A DNA stretch of 64,000 nucleotides from Utricularia gibba (GCA_002189035.1 NEEC01000013.1:1860001-1924000), one strand, 5' to 3'; positions 1-13,203 are shown, numbered from the stretch's first letter. Translations and numbers: made by a program. The notes: generated by a model not told the origin, from the letters alone.

Positions 1-1557
1 TTCGACAAAAATAAATAAATTTAATTAAACTATCTGTGCGCCAAAATTTCAGGCTGGAGGCTGGCCCATGGATTAATTGGTTTATAAGGTCCAAGAGAAT
101 TCCACCCCCCATAAATCTGTTGAAAAGGATGGTTGAGAGTGGAACTTGGCACCAAGTTATAGTGGGCCCCCACCCGCTAAGTGCTAACAGGGTGGAAGTG
201 ATAACTCAGCAGAATGAGAATATGCAAAGGGCATTATCTCTCCATTTGTGCTTCGTTCGTTGGATTGCACCTGAAATCTCTTCATCCAAACCTATGCTTT
301 TCTTTCACTTCTCCCTCGAATCATGCGCATACTTTTAGCTTTTTTTATTGTAAAATTAAATTGCTTCGACCATCTGATTCAAGGCAGGAGTTGCCCACCC
401 CTAAGAACATAAGACAACATTGTATCTTATGCCCCCCTCCCAATCATTCATTATCATTCATTCTGAATAAATATCACGTTTTATATTGTTCGTTTTGAAT
501 ATTCAATTTTCACAATTTTATAATTTTTATATTTAAATCAAATCTTCACCCTTATCTATGATGCACGTGATATATTGTCACAATCAACGCTTCTCTTGTA
601 TAATAATGTTCAGTGTAAATAACTAATTATCATGATTTTATATTTTTTCTTTTAAAGAAAATGAGTTATATAAAATTAAAAAAGTTTATCTATTTAAACA
701 ATTCTCTTTCTTTTTTTGTGACCAATTTAGTATTAGAGCTAAACTTGAACAAGTGCCAATGGTGGGATGATAAGTGTCTAAAAATAATAGAATGTAAAGG
801 TAGAGGCCATATAATGATATTTCAGATGAGGGAATAAATATATTTAAATAGATGAATTCTTCTAATCTTGTATAATATATTTTTTTCGAAAGAAAAGAAT
901 ATAAAATATAAGTCTAAGTGTAGGTTTTGATAAATATCGATGTCGTTCGGATAGGACCTTTCACTTGCTGATTAGTATGGTTTATCAGCCAAAGCTTAGT
1001 GTTTTATTTAGTTCTATTTTTCTATAAAAAAAACATCGTAAAAGAAAAATGTATTTAAAAGGGGACACGGGGAGACCGGCGTGTCGGGGGAGGGATGTGT
1101 CCATTAGGTGGGAATTTATTTCATTATTTATTTGGAGGGAAATAATTGTAATTATGTTTTCAATAATTTTGTTAATGGGAATGCGATGAGATTCCCTACC
1201 CGCACCATCTCTACTATAGACATTCTACTTGCAGTTTGGACCCGGGAGCTGTGACTCGGTCGGATACGGGTCGGATGTGACAACCGTTTTCGCTGTGGGA
1301 GCAACGGAGACGACAGACACCTCACGTTGGTATGTTCACGGGTTGGACTGAATGCCATCTTCCCCTCTTCTGCTTCTGCTCCCTAGATTTACTGGTTTCT
1401 AGGGGTTCTTTGTTTGCTTGTTTTTTTTTTTTTTTCCGGGCGGGCTCGCCGCTGGATTTTGGCATGCAGGGGCCTGGGATTCTCTGTTTTTACTTGCTTT
1501 TTGCTGTTTCTTGTTCTTCAGACTGAAGCGATGCCGAAGGACGAAACTTGAGTTCCG

Positions 1558-4222
1558 ATGTCCCGGGGTTTGCTGCTCTTCCTGTTTCTTTTCTGTTTTC
1601 GCTCTTCTCTGTCTGGAGCAGCTCCCTTCAGTAAGTGGCGATTTTCGGTTGATTTGGGGATTTTGTTGTTTTGTTGGCCGGTATGCATTTTTCTTTACTG
1701 GGGTTTGTTTCTTTTTTTTGCAGATTATAGTATTCACATCGATTGCGGTGGCCACGTCGACTCCACCGATGCATTCCACACTACCTGGATTTCCGACCGA
1801 TTCTACTCCGGCGGCGTTGCCTCCATTGTTTCCGAGCCTCTCCGATTCCAGCACCAGCAAGAGAAAACGCTCCGGTATTTTCCCATTTCATCCGGTAAGA
1901 AGAATTGCTACAGCATTCCTACGCCTGCTGCCGGGGTCGATTCTTTCTTCGGACATTCGTCGTCTACGACAATTACAACGGCAAGTCGCACACGCCGTCG
2001 TTTGACGTTTCTGTTGAGAGCACGGTAGTGTTCTCGTGGCGGTCGCCTTGGTCGGAATTAGCCTCTCGCTCCGGCGCTTACTCCGATCTCTTCTTCTCCC
2101 ACGATGATTCTGTTGTCGATCTCTGCTTCTACAGTGTCGCTACAGATGCCCCAGTAATCTCTTCAATAGAATTGACACAAGTTGATCCTAATGCTTACCC
2201 ATTTGACTACTCCAGAAACTCCAGCGGCTATATTTTGGTCAATTATGGAAGATTTTCCTCTGGTTCGAATGAATGGGGTCCTGGTTTCACCAATGACACT
2301 GATAATTTCGGCCGCTCCTGGCAAGCTGATGCTGGTTTCCGTGTATCCTCAGCTGCTGTAACAATCAAAGCAATTTCAGCGTTGAAGAATGTCGACAACA
2401 TCGAAAGAGCCCCCAACTTTTTCCCAGAAATGCTTTACCAGACAGCCCTTACTGCGCTAAATGGTGGGGTGTTGGAGTATGAGCTGCCTGTGGATGCAAA
2501 GCTTGATTACTTGCTGTGGTTCCACTTTGCAGAAATTGATGTGAGTGTGACCAAAGCAGGCCAGAGAGTGTTTGATGTGCTTGTTAACGGGCAGAATGTT
2601 ACTAGAGTAGATGTGTTTAAAGAGGTTGGAGGTTTTTCAGCTTATGATCTTCCCTATGTCGTCAAGAACTTGAGCAGTTCGATGCTGAGTGTTCGACTGG
2701 AGCCAGTAGTTGGCTCTCCGGTCATATGCGGGCTTGAGAATTACGCCATTGTCCCCTTGATCTTAAGACAGTCCCTGAACAGGGTACATTGGTTTCTGTT
2801 TCTATGATATTCTACACCAATGTGAATGCATGCAGTTGTACTAGAAATTCACTACCTTTATAGCTCTATCTGATGCTTTGCAGTTGCTGCAATGAAGTCA
2901 TTGAAGGCCTCCCTTCGGATTCCCGAGAGAATGGGTTGGAATGGAGACCCCTGTGCACCATCGGCATGGGATGCATGGGAAGGGGTTACATGCCATCCCA
3001 TAGGGGAACATGAATCTGCTCTTGGGGTATCTCAAATGTTAGTTTTTTTACTAATTACTTGGGATTCGAGACTTTCCCATTACACTCTTCTGTCTTTGTA
3101 GTGCAGTGCATTATATATGGTCTTTTTTGGCAGAGATCTTGGCAGCCAAGGGCTGAAGGGTTATATTAGCGACCAAATCGGGCTGCTGACAAATTTGGTA
3201 AGCCTGTAAGTATGCAAATTCTGCTGAACTTTACTGCTTTAAATCCCTGGTTTCTTTGATAAGAGTTAGTCTATGAAAATGTTCATGACTCCCTGTTGTT
3301 CAAGTGCAGGAACTTGAGCTCCAATTCTTTAGTAGGAGATATCCCCCAAGTTTAGGACAGAAGTCTCTGGTGAAGCTGTAAGATTCCTATTCATATTGAA
3401 AGTTTCTCATATCTCAATGGGAAAACATGTCATCTGCTGTTGGGTTTTTATCACATAGCTTTCTTTGTTGCAGAACCTGAATTTGTATTAATTTCTCATC
3501 CTTTGTGACAGTGATCTGTCGAACAACAGATTGCAGGGATCCATACCTGAAAGTCTCACCTCTTCAAGTTTGCAGTTGGTGTACGTGCGGACCCTTTTTC
3601 ATATCTTCTTCCTTGTCAGCCCCCATCACTTCCCCCCCTTGGTTTTGACAATAAACATCTACCCAACAACACCTTCTGTGTCATGCTTTGTCAGGTTATT
3701 GCATGGTAACTTGCTCGAAGGTCGAGTTCCGGAAGGACTCTACGCGATCGGACTACACGGCGGAGCCATAGAGTAAGCCACAGACAGAACCTCCCCCATA
3801 GATATATCCCCTTTCTAACTCTGCAATATCGACAGCATCTCCGGCAACAAAGCCCTGTGCGGTGTGCCTCCGCTGCAGGATTGCCCCTTGTTCTGGGGTA
3901 AAACCGGAGTGTCTGGAGCCGGGAAGATCGGGATCGCCATCTCCTCCGTGATTATCCTTTCCGCCGCCGCTGCGCTTGCATACTATCTCTGCATCAAGAA
4001 GAGACGAAGGGACTATGATTTCGGTCTCCCCCATGAGCTCGTCTGTAAGTATAAATACACACTACTACGCTTTTCTCTGTTCAGCCATTGTCATCCTCCC
4101 ATTCCTTGTGGCCAGCGCTGGCTTCCAAGAGGTACAAGTACCAGCGCCAGAAGTCCTTGATGGATCTTGAAATGGAGAGCCGACATGCCAAGGGGCTTCT
4201 TCCACAACAAGCCTCGAATTGA
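1558..4222 (+). CDS. Malectin-like + LRR receptor-like protein (RLP4 / At1g25570-like), multi-exon; reading frame broken at three G/C homopolymers
   Basis: Signal peptide MSRGLLLFLFLFCFRSSLSGAAP; malectin-like motifs SIHIDCGG, RTFVVYDNY..KSHTPSFDVSVE, LDYLLWFHFAEID; RMGWNGDPCAP..WDAWEGVTC; short LRR exons (DLGSQGLKG, NLSSNSLVG, DLSNNRLQGSIP); TM segment IAISSVIILSAAAALAYYLCI; tail KYQRQKSLMDLEME. GT-AG introns traced by eye. Confidence 0.9.
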
Positions 4223-4899
4223 TGCGCCCATCACGTGGTTTCCTTCGGACAAGACGACACACAGACACAGACACACACCGCATAGCTCTTAACACTGTTA
4301 CCTCTTTTTGGCTCTCTGCAATATCATTGGTGGGATCGAACCTTTTGTTGGAACGTGGGCCCATCTAGGCTTCTATTGATGTTTACGGGCCGGGCCTGCC
4401 GCAGTCGATGGGCCCATTTTTTAAAAAAATTCGGTTATTTTATAATTATTAATTATAACTGGAATAATGGGGAACTGGATTACACGCGCTACAGGCGCGA
4501 ATGGGGGTGTGCCGGTCGGACATCTGCCTTCTTCTTCTAGTTGCCCTGTCCCTTGGAACAAACTAAAGGCCACGTCTTTTTTCAGTTCTCTCGTAAACTA
4601 CTAGAAATTATGTGATTAAGAGGTAATAAATATAATAAAATTAAGATTAATATAGAATTAAAAGGTGATCAATTTCTATAAAAAATAAATTGGAATTTCA
4701 AGAAATTAAATAAAAAACTGATTAATTTGTATAAAATTGCATACGAAAGTAGTTGTTTTATGAGTCATCATCCCATTATTGATGAGGTGGAAGTCGATGA
4801 GGGGTATATTGGGAAAACGAGTCAAACAGTAAGGGTGTATTTGGAAAGTAGGAGTGTGTCCGAAGGTGTAGGGGGGTCTACGTGTAAGAATCGTCCAAC

Positions 4900-4907
4900 G
4901 AATATTC
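4900..4907. promoter_or_regulatory. GAATATTC palindrome (P1BS-type GNATATNC / NIGT1-type site) upstream of the HHO/NIGT1 gene
   Basis: Exact GAATATTC about 270 bp before the ATG at 5175, with GAATC at 4888-4892. Confidence 0.5.
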
Positions 4908-5174
4908 AACCCCCCCCCCCCCCCCATCGCTGTCTCTTTTTCTCTTCGCCCAGAATTGGAAGGTTCGATTTTACGCGACGGCCCGATTCATTGTCTTGCT
5001 TGCTTCACGCACCCATTTGTCTAGAGTTCAGCTTACTTTTTTCCCCTTCTTGGATACCCGTCTGATGATTCCTGGAACTCCTCGTTCTTGATTTGGAGGA
5101 CTCTTGTGGTTTTTCTGTGAAGTTTGGTGTTTTGAGATTAACGGGATTCGGGTCCGATTTCTGGGGAGAAAGAA

Positions 5175-6475
5175 ATGGTCCTAAACGGACATAACCACTG
5201 TGGTTTCTCTGGAAAAAACCGTCGATGCGAGGAATATATGCAGGCGTTGGAAGAAGAGAGGCGCAAAATCGAAGTCTTTCAACGGGAATTACCTCTTTGC
5301 TTGGAGCTCGTTACGCAGGGTGGGGATTTTGATTTCTGGGAAGATGCTGTTTGTTGGAATTTATGATCCTCATGGCGTGTTTTTTTTTTTGGGTTTGCAG
5401 CGATTGATTCATGTAAGCAGCAGTTATCTGGGACGACTTCGGAGTGCGATTTTAACGGTCAATCCGAATGCAACTCCGATCACACCTCCGGTGAAATACC
5501 GGTTTTCCAAGAGCTTATTCCGATAAAAACGTCTTCTTTATGCGAAGAACATGAGTTGGGCGACGGGGATGAACTGGAGAAATCTGATTGGCTTAGATCT
5601 GTTCAGCTCTGGCATAATCAAACGCCGGATCCAGTTACCAAAGAGGTATCTCCATCTTAATCGTATTATTCATATGTTCACTCTTTTCGGGTCCTGATTT
5701 TGTTCTTCATAGACTTCTCCGAGAAAAGTAGCAGTTGTTGAAGTGAAGGGAACTGGCGCATTTCATCCCTTTAAGAAGGACCAAACCAACAAAGGCGGCG
5801 GAACCACTTCACCAAATGACATACCGGCCAATCCTCCGCCGGCCACCGGAAACAAGGAAGACAGAGATGGTCAGAGTCACAGAAAATCGAGGAGGTGTTG
5901 GTCGCCGGAACTCCACCGGAGATTTGTGGCAGCTCTGGAGCAGTTAGGTGGCTCGCATGGTAAACAAATATCTTGCCTTTACTAATTTATATTCCCCCTT
6001 GTGTACTGAAATCTTGTTTCTGGGTTCGTCCCTTTACCCAGTTGCTACCCCGAAACAAATCCGAGAGCTCATGAAAGTCGACGGCCTCACCAATGATGAG
6101 GTTAAAAGCCATTTGCAGGTCAGTTTCCTTGTCTTATAATGGGAGATGATCCATAACTAACGTGTCGATCTGTTGCAGAAATATCGGCTACACACCAGAC
6201 GGCCATCTCCGACGATCCAACTGAGCACGGCCAATCCACCTCCCCAGCTGGCGGTGGTTGTGAGTGGAATTTGGGCCTTACCACAGGAATACGCTACGAT
6301 GGCGACTTCCGGAGAGGTGGGTTCTGGTGCTGCTGCGGCGGCGGATAATGACATCTGTGCACCAATAGCATTAAAGTCATCAAACTCCGACAACAGTGGC
6401 TGGCCGGAAGATGGCGACTCCCCATCGACCTCGTCGTCCACGCAGACAACCACCGGTTCTCCTCCGCTCCATTGA
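5175..6475 (+). CDS. GARP/G2-like MYB transcription factor of the HRS1/HHO (NIGT1) family
   Basis: N-terminal coiled coil [25 protein letters not shown]; [10 protein letters not shown] motif; GARP domain [58 protein letters not shown] split over exons; exon 2 frame checked and open. Confidence 0.93.
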
Positions 6476-6848
6476 GACTCGTAACCGAATGTTTGTAGAA
6501 GATGAACGTCAGAATGTTTTCCGACGTGGAGGAAGAGGTTGTGCTGTGTCGAGGTGTAAAAGCACGCATTCTACATACAGTAAACTCCAAAGTCTATAAT
6601 TATCCTCTTTTTTCTAAAGTCGAATTAGTTATCGCGTGATTAATACTTAATCACAGCTCTTTAGTTCGTCATCAACGGAAAGCATATACTTTCCTTCATT
6701 CCAGGATTCCATTATCGTAATATTATTTTTATTTATGATTTAACGTCAATAGTTCTTGTTTAGTTTTATGATAATAGTATATTTAATATATTTAATTAAA
6801 ATATAATTAATTGCATATAACGTTTTATATTTAAGAATAAAAGTTCTA

Positions 6849-6976
6849 ATATATATATATATACATATATATGATTAGTTTTTTTACTCAATTTATATAT
6901 GTGATGTATATGTTTAAAAATGAATATATAAGTATTATAATCATTAAAGATTAATATATATATATATATATATATA
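6849..6976. repeat. Two (TA)n microsatellites in an AT-rich spacer
   Basis: TA tracts at ~6849-6871 and ~6954-6976; further tracts at ~14279-14296 and ~41607-41622. Confidence 0.85.
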
Positions 6977-7279
6977 TTATTTAATCAAATAATGATTTAT
7001 ATGTAAATTAAATATAGTTTTCTATATTATACTATCCAGTATGTCGTAATAAATATTTTAATTAATTTCAATGAAATTTTTTCATTATTAAAAATGCGAA
7101 ATTCCATTTATGAAATGATTAAAAAGGAATAAACTTATAATGAATGTCCGTTACTAATTCCGGTTACATAGCCGTTGTGACCTCCTAGTTTCCTTTCACG
7201 TCACTCTTCGCCCTCGTAAGAGATTCTTGAAGTAACGGAATCCCATTGTCTTCAAGCGCCTGAGGAAGACGGAGGAACA

Positions 7280-8702
7280 ATGGAAATTCGCAAGTTCAGA
7301 ATCCTCCTAGTCGCCGCAATTCTGGCCGTCCATGCTTCCCCTGTTCTTCCATGGGGCCTGGATGGTCACACAATCATCTGCCGGCTTGCCCAGGTTCCCC
7401 TATTCTTCCTTCTCCCTCTAGATTGTCGGAATCATGGGTGTGTAAGGCGAAGTGGTGGATCTGGCAGCGGAGGCTGAGCGAGGCGGCCGCGGCGGCGGTG
7501 GAGGAGCTACTTCCGACGGAGGCGGTGAGGGATTTGAGCAGCGAGTGTTTGTGGGCAGATGGAGTCAAGTTTCGGTACCACTGGTCGAGGGCGCTCCATT
7601 ACATCAACACTCCCAATGGACTCTGCACCTATCAGCACCGGAGTAAACTCTTTTGTCTAGTTTTTTTTCTTATTATCCAGGAACTTGAAACAATGCAAAC
7701 AATTTGGAAAAAAAAAGGGGACTGCAAGGATGAAGATGGGCTACAGGAGAGATGTGTAGCTGGTGCGATCGCCAATTACACATCGCAGCTCCTCAGCTAC
7801 ACCGGATCTCGAGATTCTTCTCAATGTAATATCTATATCTCTTTCTCTTGATCGGAACAAAAAGACCCTTTTATGGCTCCATTGAGGCTTACCGGAATCT
7901 GCAGATAATCTCACTGAAGCTCTTCTCTTCCTTTCTCATTTCATGGGTGATATTCATCAGGTGAGTGCACCTTTGATTTCAGATTGGATGCGGTTTATAT
8001 GCAAATGCCCAAATTGAAAACTCATTCTGTTCTCTTCAGCCATTGCATGTGGGATTCACAACAGATAGAGGAGGAAACACCATCGACGTCCACTGGTACA
8101 CAAGGAAACAGCTCCTTCACCATGCAAGCCCCATCAATCCTTCTCTCAATCCGATCTCTTCTAGTTTTCAACACTACTCACAAATTCCTGCAACGCAGGT
8201 GTGGGACACCAGCATCATCGAGACGGAAGAAGAAAGGTTCTTCGACTCGAGCATGGACGAACTCGTTGAAGCTCTCGACAAAAATATAACGGTACCAGCT
8301 TTGCTTTTGCTACCCGTTCCTCAACCCTCCCTCCTACTCCGGCCATTTTGAATCCTGCAGACTGCATGGGCAAGTGAAGCCAAGGCATGGGAAGCCTGTC
8401 AGACCACCGCGTGCCCCGACGTGTATGCAGCTGAAGGAATCAAAGCCGCCTGCGACTGGGCTTACAAGGGAGTGCAGCAAGATTCAGTTCTTGAAGGTAG
8501 GACACTGCATCTTCCCAAAATCAACTTAAAAAAAACGAAATTGGGTTTCCAAATCCCGATCACTTCTTCGATCAAATGTGCAGATGATTATTTCCTCTCC
8601 CGGAGAGGAGTAGTGAACATTAGACTGGCGCAGGCGGGGGTTCGGTTGGCTGCTACTCTGAACCGCATCTTTGCTTCCGGTTCCAAAACCTCATTATTAT
8701 AA
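7280..8702 (+). CDS. S1/P1 bifunctional endonuclease (ENDO2-like)
   Basis: Signal peptide followed by WGLDGH; CLWADGVKFRYHWSRALHYINTP; CVAGAIANYTSQL; NLTEALLFLSHFMGDIHQ; C-terminal RLAQAGVRLAATLNRIF. Confidence 0.93.
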
Positions 8703-9152
8703 GCCGGTTCGAGCCGGGCCGGTTCATCAATTGCTTATTTTGTATTCGCACTAGACTTACGGAGAGGAGAGGACAACACGTGCGGCTAAAGAAAAGAGGG
8801 ACAAAAATAATAATAATAATAAATAAATAAATAAAATGACATAAAAAAAGAAACAAAATTATGGGCATTGGCCAATTCTTTTCAGGGACCCCCAGACTTT
8901 AAGGCACATCGATCTCCCACGAATTTCTATTTTATTATTATTTTTTAAAAAAAATAGATTTTTAAATTTTAACCCTAGAAAAATATGAAGAGAGACAGAG
9001 TCACCAAGATTTGAACTTTATTGGCATGAACAAATTTGTGTTTAGCAGACAAACAAATGACAATTAGTGGGCCTCAAAGGGGATGAAGAAAGCTTGGGGA
9101 TTAGGATATGAACCTGCAAAGGGGAGATGGAGGAGGGAATTGGAGTTGTTTT

Positions 9153-10165
9153 TCATGGAGCAGCGTCTGCAACTCTGTACAAATCTGCTGTGATTTCTGT
9201 GAGCCACACACCGGGGAACAAGGTCTGCAAGAAAAGGGAGGAGTTTGAAATGAGGAACAATGGGAAATTGGCGGTGACCGGAGTTTTGGTGTACTTACAT
9301 CCAAATCTTTCTGAACGGTTCTTGTCCTTTTTTTGGGGCGGCGGGGCGGCCGGTGCCCGACCATTGAGAAGAAATCTTCTTCGATCTCTCGTTTGAGGAG
9401 GGGGAGAGAGAATTTGGGGCGTTCTTTTGGGGTGCCGCCGTCGATCCGATGAACCGTCGGTTTGGGTGTGGTGGCGGCTGGTGCTGCGGGGGAGGTGGAG
9501 TGAATCTGGGATGAGTCGGATTTGGGTCTCGGGGTATCGAATCGGAGAGCCTTGCCGGAGGTTCCATGTAGGGAGATACCGGCGGTGGCGGCGGAGGAAC
9601 CGGTGTTTCTTGCGGTGGCGATCGGCATCCTACAAGCAGCTCGCCTCGTTCGTAGATTCCAAGGACGGTCGGACGGCGGCGGTGGAGGCGGTGGTTGGGG
9701 AGGCTGCGGCGGCGGCGGATGTCGAGATGTAAAATAGTCGCGCTCATCGTCTAAGCCGCCGTCTCTCCAAAACGCGTCTTTCATTTTCTCCGCCGCCGTC
9801 TGAAGATCGAACATCACTTTCTTTCTCATCGCCGCAATCTCGTCCTCGTCCTCATCGCCATCGCCTCCTCCTCCACCTCTCTTCAGCCGTGAAGTGGGAC
9901 CCACTGCCGGAGATCCATGCAGAAACTCACCGACGAATTCGCTATCCCTCCCCATCCGCCGCTGCTGAATTGGGTGATTATAAGGGTAAGAAGAAGAAGA
10001 AGACCCCTGAATTTTCCGGCGCATCGGAGAGTTCTCCGCATCCGAGTTGACTCTCATACACCGGAGATGTCTCTGGTTCCCCCACCGCAAATCACATGGC
10101 ATCGTGAAATTGTGCAGCGCCTTGGATCTTTCACCCCCCATCGCCATATCTCTCCCCTTCGTCAT
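9153..10165 (-). CDS. DUF1639 family protein (2 exons)
   Basis: LHNFTMPCDLRWGNQRHLRC; PWNLRTRRAAC; DUF1639 core RPKFSLPLLKREIEEDFFSMVGHRPPRRPKKR; last exon TLFPGVWLTEITADLYRVADAAP* ends at 9153. The true start may be the second Met (MAMGG). Confidence 0.88.
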
Positions 10166-12620
10166 TCACCGCCTCCAAAAGCTTCACCCCTCAAAATCTC
10201 CCGATTCAAGATTTTCAATCCACGATTCACAAATCGGAAAACGGAGATTTCACTTCTTCCTTTTTCTCCCGATGTGCGAGATTTTTCTTCCTCCGGCCAG
10301 CCGAACAGAACAGACATTAGAATCGCCGGGAAGGGACGCGCTATATACGGAGGAGAAGGACATTACCGTCTTTTCACACTCTACCCTTCCTTTTCGTTGT
10401 TTCAATACCCCCCCGCCTCCGCTATACTGCGCCCACGGCGCATTTTGCTAACGTGTCACCACGATTTCCACTAGGTGACCTCACTTTCCCTTAACGGCGT
10501 CGTTTTGCGTGGACTACAGTCGAAATCCGATTCCCCTAACCTGACCTGCCCTGATGCTCCTCCAACGATCTTATTTTATAATCCAAAATTAATCATTTTA
10601 ACACATTAATACATAATTACATGCCTCAAATATTAAAAATTCATTTATTTAAAAATGCCCATTTTCATTAAATTAATATTCCCATTATATATCACTACTC
10701 ATTTGTAGTTGATACCGGCCCTGACCTAGGCATAATTCATGTAGCACTAGCCCAACTGCTAGCGCCTCAGAAAAAGATCGCGCCTAATTTTCTCAATTTT
10801 CAGTCCATATAATAATTAAATTAATAATATATTTAATTTTTTTTATATTTATATAAATAGATATTTCAAATTTAAGTGCACTTGGAAAAAAAACACATTC
10901 GATTAAAAAAATTCAAATGAAAAAGCAATTTCAATATTACTTATTAATTTTAATTCTTTTTGGCTAAAAAAAAATTCTTCACTGCTTTTATTCACTCATT
11001 TGTATGTTATTAAATGATGGTAAAAGCACACAATAAAAACATATACAACTGGACAAAAGATAATTATTATAGCAACAAATAATTATTTTTATAATTAATA
11101 AAAAATAAAAGGTGCTTAGAACTACATGTATTTATACTCTTTATCTGGACATTTTTACCCTTGAGAGATGTTGTGGTTTGTGTTATTAGACCAAGGGCAA
11201 ATCCAGCCTAAGGAGAAGTAATTTCGTGTCAAAATACTGAATTCATTTTGGAAAAAATACAGTAAAAGGAAATTATAATTATTCATTAAATTTATGAGAA
11301 AAAGTTGACAATAAATGACTAGTTATTTTTTGATAAGATTCTCCTAAAGCAAGGGTTAAAGGAAAAAAAAATCGTGAACGAAGACTGTTAAATAGGATAC
11401 GGGCATGTAGTTGATTAATAATGCTATAAATAAATCATTTAATCATTTATTATAATTAGTAAATATGCTAATTATTGTTGAATGCAATTAATTTAAGAAA
11501 CAAGAATATGAATACATTAATTTATACGAAAACTGACAATAAATGATTTTTTAGTAAGTATAAAAAATGGTGAATTAAATATCGACATTCAGGGATATAG
11601 TTTTATTATTAATTATGAAAAAATATGTATTTTAAATATATTTATTAGTATAATGTTATTTTAAAGATTATGTTGAATAAATATGTTATAAAATTTTTAA
11701 TTTTGATAATATTTTGTATAATTTAATATAAATATAATAATCCAAATATATTATTAAAGTATTTTTTTTAGGAAAATTGAAATTACACCTTATGAAAAAG
11801 TAAGCAGATTGTAGGGCCAATCTCAGGCCACGTGGTCCAATAGGAATTTAACGTGGGCTGTGTTTCTGTAAGCCCGTTCGTTTATTCTTGAATTTTTTGG
11901 GTTCAGCGCCGGAGAAGCGGTTTTCTCTACGGCGAGGTGCAAGAAAAGAGCGCCTAGAAGTACAACTCCCGCTGCAAGCTGAAGGCTGTCTGCTCTCTGG
12001 TTTCTAATTGTTTGAGAGATGTCGAAGACCGGGCTGAGGTTTCATATCTATAACAAGCAGAAAGAGGTGTTTCTGTTTCTGCCCAGAGTCGAGGGCAAAG
12101 TTTGGGGATGTATATCTGCGGCGGGGTCACAGCCTATGGCATTCGCGCGCCTCCGTCATGTTCGGTGTTCTCTACAGGTTTCTATTCTTGAATTTTTTGC
12201 TTGGTCGTGTTTTGATGTAATGGGTTCTGAAGTTACCAGTTTGATGGATTCGATTGTTCATTTCCCAAATTTGGGCTGAGGTTTGTGGCTGTGATGGAGT
12301 AATTGCGTGGAACATTTCCGATACCTGCACCTTCATTTGACCTGATCAGGGCGGATCTCGCTCCGAAAGCAAACGCATTGATGGATGTCGGGAAAGAAAC
12401 GAATTGCAGCCCCGCGTGGCAATAGCCCAGCAAGCCTTCTGCTGACGACGGCCATTCGGACCTACCAGAAAACCGGAAAAAAGAAAAGGCCACCGCAGTT
12501 TCTCAGGTGACACGAGCATGATGATACAGCATACTCTTTTCCGATCGATCGGAGCAACGGTCAAAAATCGAGTGCTTTGGAGTTTCCAGTTTTTAAATTT
12601 AAAATTAAAAATAAAAAAAA

Positions 12621-13203
12621 TTATGGGCAGCCTGTCGCTAATCTCAGGTGTAGATGAGGCCCGTGTTCATCCTCAATGGGCCCCATTCCCTGAAAGCCCA
12701 CTCGAAGTGCTTTCGTCTTCAGCAGCGGCCCAATACATGGTTCGACGGACTTCCCTGCACTGCCACCATACAGTAAGCTCCCTGCACCCCGGGCGGAACC
12801 GTAGCCATACGTCACAGAAAACCGCTCCAGGTAGCGCCGACGGCGGAGTCCTCCGAACAACGGCGGCACCCACCTGGGCTCCTTTCACCTTTTCCCTTTC
12901 CTCCTTGTGCGCGTTTTCGTGACCCCCGAGAGCCTGCGAATTCGGAAACCCCCGTAACCAGTACCGACATCCGTACTTCCGTCCGTCCGCAGGCGTGGAC
13001 ACGATGGACTCCGACACGTCGCGTCTCCGATGAAGTCGACGACTTTCGTGTCATCTGCTCTGAGCTTCCCCTTACGTGGGCGGCTCGGTCGGGAAACCCC
13101 ACTTGACCCTACGAAAAACTGTAATGACGTCAGCCTCAACTAATCCTCCATCATCAGCAATCGTCGAAGTGGAATGAATCAACTCCTCCCTCTTTTCAAA
13201 CAT
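12621..13203 (-). pseudogene. Degenerate single C2H2 zinc-finger gene (GIS3/ZFP6-like QALGGH class)
   Basis: RKYGCRYWLRGFPNSQALGGHENAHKEERE (second Cys replaced by Trp); two in-frame stops upstream in the frame starting at ATG 13203; frameshift needed to reach the decayed EAR-like tail GPHLHLRLA*. Confidence 0.75.

Noticed and set aside
1340-1360. TTGGACTGAA match to the miR319 5' end
   Set aside because: Only 10 nt match and no hairpin partner.
1418-2005. Long alternative ORFs overlapping the RLP first exons (1418-2005 +, 1399-1860 -)
   Set aside because: Low-complexity shadow frames running through UTR, intron and exon sequence with no recognisable motifs.
9295-10474. Several GC-rich ORFs overlapping the DUF1639 gene
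   Set aside because: Shadow frames of a GC-rich, low-complexity exon.
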